The notes below the pieces were generated by a model, which was given only the letters and a program-made list of their open reading frames with translations, was not told the origin of the DNA and did not search any database. 64,000 nt of DNA from an uncultured virus (IMG/VR IMGVR_UViG_3300036766_001722) (Duplodnaviria; Heunggongvirae; Uroviricota; Caudoviricetes), in the IMG/VR virus record IMGVR_UViG_3300036766_001722; one strand, 5' to 3'. Both the position numbers and the translations under genes were made by a program. Within the stretch, counting starts at the first letter, position 1. Every line of letters starts with the position of its first letter. Below are positions 42,990 to 52,891 of this stretch, one piece after another.

Positions 42990-45980
42990 ATGGTGACAAG
43001 CGAGTTCCGGGACGATGATCTGGACGTTGGCGACCCGACCGCCACGTTCGCCTACCACGCGTGGGTCGCTGGCAACGACTACCTCACCCGCATCAGCGTT
43101 GCCCTCTCCGCGACGGGCACCGACGACGTCGCCAGGGCGGCGCGCCACGCTCTCTCTTCCCTGATCGACATCTCGGCGATCCGCGTCATCCACGAGACGA
43201 GCAACGGTCTCTACGACCAGCTCCTCGCGCTCTCGCCGGACGACGACGCCGATCGAGCGCGCCTCGCCACGGAGATCGCCGAGAACACGCAGGCGATCGC
43301 CAAGCGCTTCGAAAACGGCAAGCACGCCGCCGCCGCCGCCGCGGCTCCCGACGTCGAACCGAGTACGCTCCCCGAAGCACCGCTCCCGGAAACGAAGGAC
43401 TGGGCGACGACGGCCGCCCGAGTTCGGGCCGACACGCTGGCGTGGCTCGCTGCTCACACCGAGCCCAAGCGCGACATGTTGGTCCTCAAGCCGAGCCCGT
43501 CGACCGGCAAGACGGAGAGCATGATCGCCGCAGCCCTCGCGACGATCGTGAGTCAGAAGCAAGTCGTCTTCGCCGTCCGCACGAAGGAGATGCTCGAGAC
43601 CGAGCTGACATCACGTCTCGACGACGCCGCCAAGAAACACCCCGTGCTTCGCGGCACCAGCGTGCACCTGCGGGTCATCACCGGACGCGACAAGGACAAC
43701 TGCAACTTCATCGACAACGTCGAGATGGTGCAGGCCCACGGATACAGCCCCGGCCACACCGTCTGCGCTGAGTGTCCCTACCACCCGAAGTTCGCATACG
43801 CCGCCCACATGGAGCCGTGCGCGTACTACCAGCAGCGCATCCTCGCCCACCAGCACACGCGCCTCGTCGGGAAGGTCTACCGCTACCACCCGCTAATCTT
43901 GACGACCCACGCGTCGCTCGCCGCAGTCGCCGAGCACGGCGGCGGCAAGTACGGCTCGTTCTGGAACGCCGACCTCGCGCTCATCGACGAAGACCTCACG
44001 GACGCGTTCGAGTCCGTAACCGAACTGGGACGCGCTCACCTCGACTTCGATGCCAGCGGCAACGAAGTGCACCAGCCGGCCGCCGACTTCGCCGAGTTGC
44101 TTCGCCACGTCGTCGATCTCGCGAACGCGGAACGCAAGACACTGCAACGCCGCGGCTACTTCGTCGACGCTCACGACGAACGGAAGGGCAAGTCGGAAGT
44201 TCACACCGCGTACGGCTCCACGATTGCCGGACGTGACCTGCACCGTCTGCTCGCCCAGGCACTCGCTGCTCATCCCCAAACGCATCCCGATGGCCGCACG
44301 AAGATCCTCGCCACGGTTGTTAGCGCTGCCGCCGACCTCACACCGAAGCCTGGCCCCGGTGAACTCTTCGGCATGAACAGCACGAGCGACGTGAACGAGC
44401 ACGTCCCGCACCACGGCATCGCACGCCTCGCTGACGTGCTCGCGAACGAGATGCGCCTCGCGCGCTACCGCGCCCTACACCTCGTGCAAGAGGCGACTGG
44501 CAAGACTGTGACGGACCTGCTCGCCGACCACACGCGACGCGGCGAAGTGCTGGATGTCGAAGATGCGATCTCCATGTACGCGGGACCGGAGTGGGACAAC
44601 TGCTACCAGGCACGCCTCTCATGCAGCGCCGATGACGCCTGGCGCTTCGCCATCCACGAGTTCAGCAACCTCGACAACCTCGACTCGAACATCATCTACG
44701 GCGACGCGTACGCGCAGGTGGACCACATCCGCAGCCTGCTCAACAAACCCGCGCCGACCGACGGCTCGCCGGACCCCATGACGATCATCGAGCACGTGGC
44801 CCACTTTCCAACCGGCAGCGTCCTGTGGCGCTTCCCGACGCAGTCGAACATCGGGCACCTCGACGGCCAGGGCTACTGGGGCGAGCACTGCGACGACCTG
44901 CTCGAAGTACTCAGCGCTCTCGCCGGACGGCGCGTGCTCGTCTACGGACACAGTGCGCTTCGCGAACGCTTCGAAGCGTTCATGGAGAAGAACAACGCGT
45001 TCGGCATCGAGGAGTGGGCCTGGGAGCACTGGTGGGGCGGGCGCGGCAAGGACCAGTACAAGAACTTCGACGCCGTCGTCGCGATCTCCGAGCCCGTCAT
45101 GAACGTAGGCGGCACTTTCAACATCGTCAACGCTCGCGCCTTCCGTGACGTGCAGCGCATGCCTGGCACGGCGAATGTTCAGCACTTGCTTCCCCGCATC
45201 CGTCCTAGCGCGGACAGGCGACACGGCATTGCCGCGATGATGCGCGACCCTCACACGCACGAGCGCGTGAGGCACGAGCACGAGCGCCAGAACGTCAACG
45301 AACACGCGCAGGCAATGCACAGGCCTCGGCCGCTGATGGCTCCCCGCATCATGATCACCATGTCGTCGCAGATCGAGCTGACCCGCGACGTCATCGCCGC
45401 GAGCAGCACCGCCGACCGTCCCCTCAGCGACCGAGGACGTCTGACCGAAGGCCACCTCAGCGCGTTCTACACCGCCGAGGAGATGCTCACGGCCATGCTG
45501 GCGATCGAGGAGTACTACGGGGTGTGGAGCCCCCTCTTCTGCCATACCCTGACCTCGGTGACGATCGACCAGCTCATCTTTGGGGACACCGAACCCCATC
45601 AAACGACCGAATCCGAACCGAGCCGCCCCGCTTATCAATTCAATTCTCTTAACACTGGGCGGTCCACTGAAGATCGACTCGTGGATCGGGTCTGGACACC
45701 CCAGCCGTACTGGGAGGACCGAACGCGTCGCCTGCGCAACCACCGCGCGTACATGCAAGCCGCTCAAATGCTGAATGCCGAGCTGACGAAGCACGAGCCC
45801 GTACAGGTTCCGTGGAAGCTGAAGGACCAGAAGCAGCGCGGCCGGTACGGCGTCTGGTCTCGTAACGGCGACGTCGTCGTGGTTCGGAAGACCTTCCTGG
45901 ATATCGCGAGCGACCGCTACGGCGTGACGATCAACGGGATCGTGCAAGCGCCGCGGAAGCTCGGGCGCGTACCGTTCTGA
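42990..45980 (+). CDS. Large helicase-like replication protein with a Cys cluster
   Basis: Walker A PSPSTGKT, GRDKDNC...CAECPY...C, LIDED, QAMHRPR; GGAGG RBS. Confidence 0.65.
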   Translation: MVTSEFRDDDLDVGDPTATFAYHAWVAGNDYLTRISVALSATGTDDVARAARHALSSLIDISAIRVIHETSNGLYDQLLALSPDDDADRARLATEIAENTQAIAKRFENGKHAAAAAAAPDVEPSTLPEAPLPETKDWATTAARVRADTLAWLAAHTEPKRDMLVLKPSPSTGKTESMIAAALATIVSQKQVVFAVRTKEMLETELTSRLDDAAKKHPVLRGTSVHLRVITGRDKDNCNFIDNVEMVQAHGYSPGHTVCAECPYHPKFAYAAHMEPCAYYQQRILAHQHTRLVGKVYRYHPLILTTHASLAAVAEHGGGKYGSFWNADLALIDEDLTDAFESVTELGRAHLDFDASGNEVHQPAADFAELLRHVVDLANAERKTLQRRGYFVDAHDERKGKSEVHTAYGSTIAGRDLHRLLAQALAAHPQTHPDGRTKILATVVSAAADLTPKPGPGELFGMNSTSDVNEHVPHHGIARLADVLANEMRLARYRALHLVQEATGKTVTDLLADHTRRGEVLDVEDAISMYAGPEWDNCYQARLSCSADDAWRFAIHEFSNLDNLDSNIIYGDAYAQVDHIRSLLNKPAPTDGSPDPMTIIEHVAHFPTGSVLWRFPTQSNIGHLDGQGYWGEHCDDLLEVLSALAGRRVLVYGHSALRERFEAFMEKNNAFGIEEWAWEHWWGGRGKDQYKNFDAVVAISEPVMNVGGTFNIVNARAFRDVQRMPGTANVQHLLPRIRPSADRRHGIAAMMRDPHTHERVRHEHERQNVNEHAQAMHRPRPLMAPRIMITMSSQIELTRDVIAASSTADRPLSDRGRLTEGHLSAFYTAEEMLTAMLAIEEYYGVWSPLFCHTLTSVTIDQLIFGDTEPHQTTESEPSRPAYQFNSLNTGRSTEDRLVDRVWTPQPYWEDRTRRLRNHRAYMQAAQMLNAELTKHEPVQVPWKLKDQKQRGRYGVWSRNGDVVVVRKTFLDIASDRYGVTINGIVQAPRKLGRVPF

Positions 45981-45985
45981 CCCAC

Positions 45986-46014
45986 TCGACAACCTGTCCG
46001 ACAGGTTGTAGGCT
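45986..46014 (+). promoter_or_regulatory. Perfect 21-bp palindromic operator inside a sigma70-like promoter
   Basis: ACAACCTGTC-C-GACAGGTTGT (45989-46009); TCGACA-17 nt-TAGGCT. Confidence 0.8.
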
Positions 46015-46022
46015 TCGACCGA

Positions 46023-46757
46023 ATGGCAGCGCGACGTCGGTACGACGAGCAAGAAGATGAGGAGGAGGCGGAGCGGCCGTCGGAGCATCAGCGTGAGCTG
46101 ATAGTTCCGGACACGTTGCTCGCGTGGGCGCAGGAGCCCAGCGTTGCGTCGACGATGAGAGATCCGCTGGGCCGGATGGCCGAGCGCCTCGTTCGACAGG
46201 GAGCACGCGAACCGCTGACGAAAGCGGAGACCAGTCGACTGCTGAATTTGCTCGACGGGATCGTGGGCATGGCGCTCCGGGCGGGGCGCCAGGAACTGGT
46301 GCTGGGGTTCGACACGTACACGGCGAACCTCTTGAACCTGCACGTCGACCTCACCGTGAACGGCAAGAAGGTCACGGTCGGACGCAAGGGCCGCTGGTGG
46401 TTCGAGGAGATCGCGCTCGTGCAGGCGACCGACGATCCTCCCGCGGCCCGCGACTTCGTCGAGCGAGTGAAAGACCTATTCGCGGACGTCTTCCCCGACG
46501 CCCGCGTCAGCGCGGTCGGTCGGCCGCAACCGCAGCATTGCATCGGCTGTGGCGAAGAAGTTGTCGGGGGAGTGCTGGTCGAGATCGAGGAGCGGGAGGG
46601 CTATTGCCGGGAGTGTTGGCTGATGCGGTACGGGCCTTCGAAGACAGAGACGCGGCCGGACTTGATCGTCAAGAAGAAGCGCGGCGAGAAGCGGAGCGAT
46701 CTCAAACCGGAAGATCCGGAGCAACTCGGCTTGCTCGCGGAGCACGACTGGGACTAG
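46023..46757 (+). CDS. Hypothetical protein with CxxC..CxxC
   Basis: 244 aa. Confidence 0.7.
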   Translation: MAARRRYDEQEDEEEAERPSEHQRELIVPDTLLAWAQEPSVASTMRDPLGRMAERLVRQGAREPLTKAETSRLLNLLDGIVGMALRAGRQELVLGFDTYTANLLNLHVDLTVNGKKVTVGRKGRWWFEEIALVQATDDPPAARDFVERVKDLFADVFPDARVSAVGRPQPQHCIGCGEEVVGGVLVEIEEREGYCRECWLMRYGPSKTETRPDLIVKKKRGEKRSDLKPEDPEQLGLLAEHDWD

Positions 46758-46766
46758 TATCCGCGC

Positions 46767-47501
46767 ATGTCCGGTCCTCGTGGCTCTGAATTCGGAATCG
46801 TCCAACCCCTTGCGGCGGGTGGGACGATCCAGACCAACGCAAATCTGGTGTGGACACCTGGGCAGTTCGGCCTGGACAACGGCGTCATGAAGCAGCTCAC
46901 GCCGACAGACGCATTCCGGCCGGGTCAGCAGATCTTCTTCTGGGTGGGCATCTACAACCCGGTGGTCGCCGGAAACTTCTGGACGCAGGTGCAGATCAAG
47001 CCGTACTGGCTGCGCCCGAACCGCGAGCACCGAGCGCCAGGCACGCCGACTCCGAGCCCGCAGCTCGAAATTCCCCCTGGCTCCGGCTGGTCGCCGCTCG
47101 ACGATGCTACGTTTCATCCGGGCCCGGTGCCCGGCTTCCCGCTCGACCAGAACATGTACACGTGGATCCCGTCGCCGAAGCGGCTCGACATCACGGAGTA
47201 CGCGCCGCTACCTGGTCCTCCGCTGCCGTCGCCGCCGCGCAATAGCGCGAGCGAGATGGAGGACGATTTCTGGCAGTGGAACCTGCAGAACCCGACGACG
47301 GCAGCGTACGCGGCGCTGTTTGTCGCGCCGCAGGTCGTGTCGCGATGGTCGGCATTCCTCTACCCGGCGATGGGGTACGCGCTCGCCTTCAAGGCCAGCG
47401 CGACACCGAACACGACGACGACGACGCTCCCGCTGGATGTGAACGTCACGTACGCGGTCGGCACGCTCGGCGGCGAGAATTACCAGGAATCTATTGGGTG
47501 A
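46767..47501 (+). CDS. Pro/aromatic-rich hypothetical protein (possibly structural)
   Basis: 244 aa, low charge, beta-strand-like stretches. Confidence 0.6.
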   Translation: MSGPRGSEFGIVQPLAAGGTIQTNANLVWTPGQFGLDNGVMKQLTPTDAFRPGQQIFFWVGIYNPVVAGNFWTQVQIKPYWLRPNREHRAPGTPTPSPQLEIPPGSGWSPLDDATFHPGPVPGFPLDQNMYTWIPSPKRLDITEYAPLPGPPLPSPPRNSASEMEDDFWQWNLQNPTTAAYAALFVAPQVVSRWSAFLYPAMGYALAFKASATPNTTTTTLPLDVNVTYAVGTLGGENYQESIG

Positions 47502-47503
47502 GC

Positions 47504-48492
47504 ATGGGTACCGGTGTAACTCACCGTGTCGTCGAGATTGCGTGGAAGCCTTCATCGGCCACGCAGTGGCAAGTGTTCACGGCGTCGCGCGTCGAAGCGG
47601 CACGACTTTGGACCGACATGATTGTGCGGCATCGTCGCATCCGCTGCTTTGGCAAGCTGATGAAGTGGCCATCGAAGATGCGTTGGATGCGCTGGGTCAA
47701 GCGTCGTTACCCGGGTCTCTCTGCACAGTCGGCGCAGCAGATGGTAGGCGAGTTTCTTGAGGCGGTCAGGTCAACGCGTCAGCTTCACAAAAACGGCTAT
47801 ACGGGCGCACGGTTCCCGTGGAGAACACCAAGGTACCGTGATGTCACATACACGAATCAGGGCGCCGATGTCCGTGGTCGGGTTCTCGCGCTGTCGAATG
47901 GGAAGGTGACCGGTCCGTTGCGCGTGAAGCTGCCGCGTGGCTTCGTTGAGCCTGGGCGGCTCATGGAAGTCATCCTGTCGTTTGGCGTCGTTCGTCTCGT
48001 TTATCTCTTGTCGGAACAGGTCGGCGTTGCGCCGCCTGAGATCACGATCACGGTTGGCATCGACCTCGGCGTCAACACCCTCATAGCTGCGGGTGACGAT
48101 CAGAGGGCGGTGCTAATCTCCGGTCGCGAGGCGAAGGCGACTATCCAGTGGCGAGCTAAGAAACTCTCGGAATTCGCGGTTGCGCAGTCGGCGTTGATGA
48201 AGGGATCTCGGCGTTGGCGCCGGATTCAGCGACGGAAGCATCTCGTCCTCGACAAGGCGCGGAATCGCATCCGCGACATCACGCACAAGGCGACGCGCAT
48301 CGTTGCGGACGCGTTTCCGAACGCGAAGGCTGTCGTCGGGAAGCCGTTCAACGACGCGGCGCAGAAGATGGGTCGTAAGCAGGCTCAGCAAGTGAGCCAG
48401 GCGTGCAACAGGAAGATCATCGCGCTGCTCGCTTACAAGCTGGCGGGCGGCGTGACGGAAGTGGAAGAGCACTACACCTCGCAGACCTGTCC
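47504..48492 (+). pseudogene. tnpB: Second TnpB-family gene, truncated at the start of the zinc ribbon
   Basis: GIDLGV RuvC-I, RIRDITHKATR, EEHYTSQTCP; similarity then stops and the frame runs antisense through the next gene. No second CxxC or DxNA motif. Confidence 0.8.
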
Positions 48493-48517
48493 GCTCGCAG
48501 CGTCGCCGCTCGCGTCG

Positions 48518-49276
48518 CTAGTGGCGGCGCCGCGGGCCACGCGCGAGGCGTGCGTCCACCGGTCCGTGTCCAGTGGGATGCCAGTTGGCGACGCGACGGA
48601 TGGCGTTCGAGTCGATCGCGTACATCACGTTCGCGAGCTGGACGGGCTGACCGTCCTCGATGCTTGCCACGACGCGCGGGAGCATCACGGCACCACGGAT
48701 GTGCTTGCCGTCCGCTGCCGAGCCCCAGTGCCGAGCGGTCGGCATCGGATTCGGAATCTCGCCGCGAAGAAAGCTGACGGTGAACTCACGAACGTGACGC
48801 CACGGCACGACGTAGTTGCGCCAGTTGACCGTCGCAGGGAAGCCAGGGTCGCTCGTCAGCTCGCCCCACGGGAGGGAACGGACCCACTGCTGGCGGGCCG
48901 TCGGGTGTGCGATGTGGTGCACCGAGCAGTAGCGGCGCGTCATCTCCTCAAAGTCCATGCGGCCGCCGGTCTGACGCGATCGGTAGAGCAGGATGTGCGA
49001 GAGGATCGCGTATTCGGTGGGGCGCCCCCAGTCCACCTCGCCGACGAGACACTGAGCGAGCGCGAGAGCGGCGTCCTCGTCTACGTCGACGGGTGGCAGC
49101 GGCAGCGGAACCACCGCGGGCACGATGAGCACGGTCTCTCTCTGAAACTCGACCTCCGTGGTAGCGACCTCAGTGGTGGCGATGTCGTCGTCGTTGTTCG
49201 TCGCGCCGTTGTCTTGTGCGAGCACCGTGCTTGCGACCAGAAACGAAACGACGAACGCGAAGAGGGCGTTCGTCAT
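48518..49276 (-). CDS. Secreted cell-wall hydrolase (SleB-like), candidate lysin
   Basis: Signal peptide MTNALFAFVVSFLVASTVLA-Q; LAQCLVGE...ILLYR...NPMPTARHW resembles the Hydrolase_2 pattern. Confidence 0.55.
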   Translation of the reverse strand: MTNALFAFVVSFLVASTVLAQDNGATNNDDDIATTEVATTEVEFQRETVLIVPAVVPLPLPPVDVDEDAALALAQCLVGEVDWGRPTEYAILSHILLYRSRQTGGRMDFEEMTRRYCSVHHIAHPTARQQWVRSLPWGELTSDPGFPATVNWRNYVVPWRHVREFTVSFLRGEIPNPMPTARHWGSAADGKHIRGAVMLPRVVASIEDGQPVQLANVMYAIDSNAIRRVANWHPTGHGPVDARLARGPRRRH

Positions 49277-49332
49277 GGGCCCACGTTAGGCAGCGAACGA
49301 TCCCCGCGCAAGGAGAAAGTGTCGTGATATGG

Positions 49333-49347
49333 TGTCGGACAGGTTGT
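49333..49347. promoter_or_regulatory. Operator copy between divergent genes
   Basis: TGTCGGACAGGTTGT. Confidence 0.7.
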
Positions 49348-49412
49348 AATGGCCCGATGCTTGCAACGCGCGAGTGAGCGTGGTCGCGCACGCGGTTCTC
49401 TGGTAGGGTCTC

Positions 49413-49817
49413 TTGATCGTCATGAAGAGCGTCGTCTTCTCGGAGTGCTTCCCGTCGCCGTCATCGCTGCCTGTCGCGGGATGGCCTGGTGACCCGCTCG
49501 GCGTGAGCCCATGGAGTTCGGCGTGGCCGCTCTACATGATGGCAGCCGCGAGCGGCTGGATCATCGGCATTCGACTGCGTCAGCGCGATGAGGGACGTCG
49601 TGAGCGTCCATGGCGCCGGAAAGCACTGAAGCCGTCTTCGGCGGAAGAGGTCCGCGCCGAGATCGATAGGTTCATTCGGCGCCGGTCACGTACCAAGGTC
49701 GAGGCGGAGGAGACCGAGCGGCTGCTGTCGTGGCTCCTCGAGGAGACGCGAGGCGATAGTTACTGTGAAGGCTTCGACGAGGGTCGGTGTTCATCCTCCG
49801 AGGATTATTGTGCCTGA
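49413..49817 (+). CDS. Small membrane-associated hypothetical protein (start uncertain)
   Basis: Hydrophobic AWPLYMMAAASGWIIGI followed by a basic region. Confidence 0.45.
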   Translation: MIVMKSVVFSECFPSPSSLPVAGWPGDPLGVSPWSSAWPLYMMAAASGWIIGIRLRQRDEGRRERPWRRKALKPSSAEEVRAEIDRFIRRRSRTKVEAEETERLLSWLLEETRGDSYCEGFDEGRCSSSEDYCA

Positions 49818-52464
49818 GCCTCAGTTCATCGAAACCATCGGCGACGTGGAGCGGCTGCTTTCGCGAGCCGGTCTCTACACGACGACCTCGGACTTCCAGG
49901 CGTACGGCGTGCTCAAGGCGCTCGACTGGGATCCGCGCGTCGAGGTTACGGAAGACCTCTTCGGTCCGCGTGTGAACACGATCGTGGTGCGCGTAGATCC
50001 TCGCGGGACGCGCCTTCGCCCGAACGAGAAGATGGGCGTCGACCCGAAGTACTGGGGCGACAAGCTCGACGCGTATCCGCACTGGGAGACCGCCTGGTGG
50101 CGCGAGTGCGTGCAGAACTCGCGCGACGCTAGGGCGACGCAGATCGCGCTGGAGTGCGTCGAGGAGGTGCACGAAGGCGTCCCCGCAATCCGCTGTTCGG
50201 TGACCGACAACGGCGACGGGATGAACGAAGACGTGCTGCGCCGGGCGTTCCTGACGTTCGGTGGGTCGGTGAAGGAGGCGGGATCGGTCGGTGGTTTCGG
50301 CGATGCGAAGGAGCTGATCATCCTGCCGTGGCTCGGGTACGAGATCCACACGCGTGACCGCATCGCACGCGGTAAGCACGACGACTTTCAAATTGCGGGG
50401 GCGCCACATCTTGCCGGCACGAAGGTGACGGCGTGGATGCCGCGCGAGAAGGCCACCACCGAGACGTACGCCAAGGCGCTCCTCGACCGGTGCGATCTCC
50501 CGACCATCACGTTCACCGTGAACGGGCGTCGCTACAAGGCGGATGCGGGCGGGGGTGACTTGAAGATGACGGCTGAGATCATGCGCGGGCACGGGCGCGT
50601 CGGGATGATGCGCGTCTACCACAATCCGAGGAGCCGGAAGCGTGGCTTCTTCATCCGCGCTCGCGGGCTCTACATGTTCGACAAGTACGTGCCCGAGTCG
50701 CAATACAAGGGCATCGTCTACATCGAGCTGGAAGGTAATGCACGCGATCTCTTCGACCAGAAGCGCGTGAACATGCAGTGGAGCGTTGCGGCCCTGGTCG
50801 ACCGGTTCATCGCCGAACTCACCGTCGACAAGTCGATGCTCGTACGCATGGGCAAGGGCAAGGAACGCAAGTTCTATGAGGGGGAGAAGTTCGACGTGCT
50901 GGCTGGTCAAGCGTCTGAGGCGGCGGCGAAGCTGGCAATGGCGGCGCCCGTCTCGGGCATGAAGAAGTGGAAGGACGGCGGGCTCTCGTTCGAGACGGGG
51001 CAGGTGGACTCGATCGTCGAGCAGCTCGAACAGGAGGAGCAGCGGGACGAGGGCGAGACGGCGCCGGAGACGGTGGTCGTGCGCGTGCCCTCGGCGACGC
51101 GCGTCATGCTCGAGGACACGAAGTTTGTGGGAGCAGATCACGCCGCGAACGCAATGCGTCTGCTCGCGTGGAAGCCGGCCTTCCTTCTCGTGAACGAGGT
51201 CGACTTCTATTCGGTGCCCGCGAAGGCGCGGCCCGAGGGTATGACGCCGACCTACAAGACGCTGCTGACGCTCTGGGCGGAGGTCTGTCGGTTCGTCCTG
51301 CTTCGTCTCGGGTGGACGAAGCCGTTCGGATCCGGGTTCATCTTCTCGTGGGACAGGGACACCGGCACGACGGTGCTCGCGGCGTACACGAAGGAGAGCA
51401 ACGTCGATTTCCTGATGCTGAACCCGTTCAAGCTGAAGGTCGCGAAGGAGAAGCGCGACTCCGACGGCGACGTTGTAGACATCACATACGACGACGAAGA
51501 GCGCTGGCGCGTCGCTGACGACGAGACGCTCAAGATGCTCTGCGCCGCTGCGATCCATGAAGCGACGCACATGGTGAACGGCATCGGTCAGCACAACGAG
51601 AGCTTCGCCTCGGCGCTCACGGAGAACATGGGGGCGCTCATCGACATGCTGCCGGTGGCGAAGAAGATCCGCTCGGCGGTCACGAGCCGGAAGGCCCGCG
51701 CCGAGCGTCGTGGACCGGTCGAGGCGAAGAAGAAGCGCGAGATCATGTTCGAGCAGCCGGACCCGGCGTCGAATCCGTTCTACTACCGCGTGGAAGAAGG
51801 CGGGAACATCATCGCCGAGATCGTGGGGAAGCTCGGCCGCGTCAGGCCTGACGGCCAGCGGTACGTCGAGGAGTGGCACGGGATCTCGTTCGTGGGCGCG
51901 GTCGGCCCGACGGGCGCGCATTCGTGGCCGATGGATACGCTCGACCAGGCGAAGAAGTGGGTGCTGGAGAAGCTCGGCGCCGTCGAGAAGGCCGCGCCCA
52001 CGCTCAACCGGAACAAGCTGACGGTCTACGAGTGGACGCGGGAGGGCCCATTCTCGTGGCAGGCACATCGTCCAGATGGTCGCGAGATCATCACGATCTC
52101 CGGGTGGGAAGAGCCGCCGGGTGAGCAGTGGGAAGCTGCCGTCGAGGGCCGCAAGCTGGCGGGGAAGCTGCCGTCGCGAGCTGAGGCGATGGAGCTGGTG
52201 CGCAAGCACTTCATGTTCCTCGGGCTGCGCGTGCTAGAGCTGGTTCCGACCGACAGGGACCGCAACGGGAACGGTCGTGACGATCAGCAGCGCATCCTCC
52301 TCGACGGGCGCTTCGCCGGAACGATCGACGCACCGGTGTCGCCGGGCGATGCGCTCTCGGTCTGGTGGAACGGCAAGAGCTACCGCGAGCACGAGGACTT
52401 CGTCTACACGAAGCTTCTCGTTGATCTCGCTCTGCACACAGATCCGAGTACGCTGCGAGAATAG
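49810..52464 (+). CDS. GHKL (Hsp90/MORC-like) ATPase with HExxH motif and accessory C-terminal modules
   Basis: RECVQNSRDA, DNGDGM, GGSVK..GGFG, GTKV; AIHEATH; GTG at 49810 after GAGGA. Confidence 0.8.
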   Translation: MPEPQFIETIGDVERLLSRAGLYTTTSDFQAYGVLKALDWDPRVEVTEDLFGPRVNTIVVRVDPRGTRLRPNEKMGVDPKYWGDKLDAYPHWETAWWRECVQNSRDARATQIALECVEEVHEGVPAIRCSVTDNGDGMNEDVLRRAFLTFGGSVKEAGSVGGFGDAKELIILPWLGYEIHTRDRIARGKHDDFQIAGAPHLAGTKVTAWMPREKATTETYAKALLDRCDLPTITFTVNGRRYKADAGGGDLKMTAEIMRGHGRVGMMRVYHNPRSRKRGFFIRARGLYMFDKYVPESQYKGIVYIELEGNARDLFDQKRVNMQWSVAALVDRFIAELTVDKSMLVRMGKGKERKFYEGEKFDVLAGQASEAAAKLAMAAPVSGMKKWKDGGLSFETGQVDSIVEQLEQEEQRDEGETAPETVVVRVPSATRVMLEDTKFVGADHAANAMRLLAWKPAFLLVNEVDFYSVPAKARPEGMTPTYKTLLTLWAEVCRFVLLRLGWTKPFGSGFIFSWDRDTGTTVLAAYTKESNVDFLMLNPFKLKVAKEKRDSDGDVVDITYDDEERWRVADDETLKMLCAAAIHEATHMVNGIGQHNESFASALTENMGALIDMLPVAKKIRSAVTSRKARAERRGPVEAKKKREIMFEQPDPASNPFYYRVEEGGNIIAEIVGKLGRVRPDGQRYVEEWHGISFVGAVGPTGAHSWPMDTLDQAKKWVLEKLGAVEKAAPTLNRNKLTVYEWTREGPFSWQAHRPDGREIITISGWEEPPGEQWEAAVEGRKLAGKLPSRAEAMELVRKHFMFLGLRVLELVPTDRDRNGNGRDDQQRILLDGRFAGTIDAPVSPGDALSVWWNGKSYREHEDFVYTKLLVDLALHTDPSTLRE

Positions 52465-52477
52465 GAGAGGGGCTCAC

Positions 52478-52891
52478 ATGTCAGGCAAATCGGTGTGGAC
52501 GGAAAACATGGACGGGGAGCGCGCGTACGCTGACGACGGCCTCATCGGGCTCGACAAGCTCGACGAGTCCGACGACAGGATCACGCAGCGCGGCGTCATT
52601 TGGATCGGCGACTGCGGTCGCTGCGGCTGGCAGCTCAAGGCCACGATCACGTGGGGCGAGGTGCTCGCCTTCCACATGCGGCAGGCGATCATCCCGAACA
52701 CGAAGATGGAGCACTGGGGCGTTCTCTTCGCGCTTCACTGCCGCAACTCGGCGTGCGGGAAGAACAACGCGGTGCGCCTCACGTGGTTCGAGATTCAGCG
52801 CTACCTGCACCACGCCATCCAGGCGCGCATCATCGATCCCAACCTTCTCGCTGGACGCCCGCAGCAGCCGGGCGTGCCTCAGCGTCGCTAG
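52478..52891 (+). CDS. Zinc-binding hypothetical protein
   Basis: AGGAGAGG RBS; CGRC...CRNSAC. Confidence 0.7.
   Translation: MSGKSVWTENMDGERAYADDGLIGLDKLDESDDRITQRGVIWIGDCGRCGWQLKATITWGEVLAFHMRQAIIPNTKMEHWGVLFALHCRNSACGKNNAVRLTWFEIQRYLHHAIQARIIDPNLLAGRPQQPGVPQRR

Noticed and set aside
45978..45986. TGACCCACT copies (also near 29435) matching the TnpB end
   Set aside because: Nine-base matches without the hairpin context; plausible by chance.
46767..47501. Major capsid or penton protein
   Set aside because: Composition is suggestive only, with no recognisable motif; structure prediction is needed.
47276..49327. 683-aa TnpB fusion to a novel C-terminal domain
   Set aside because: The C-terminal part is the antisense read-through of gene 48518-49276.
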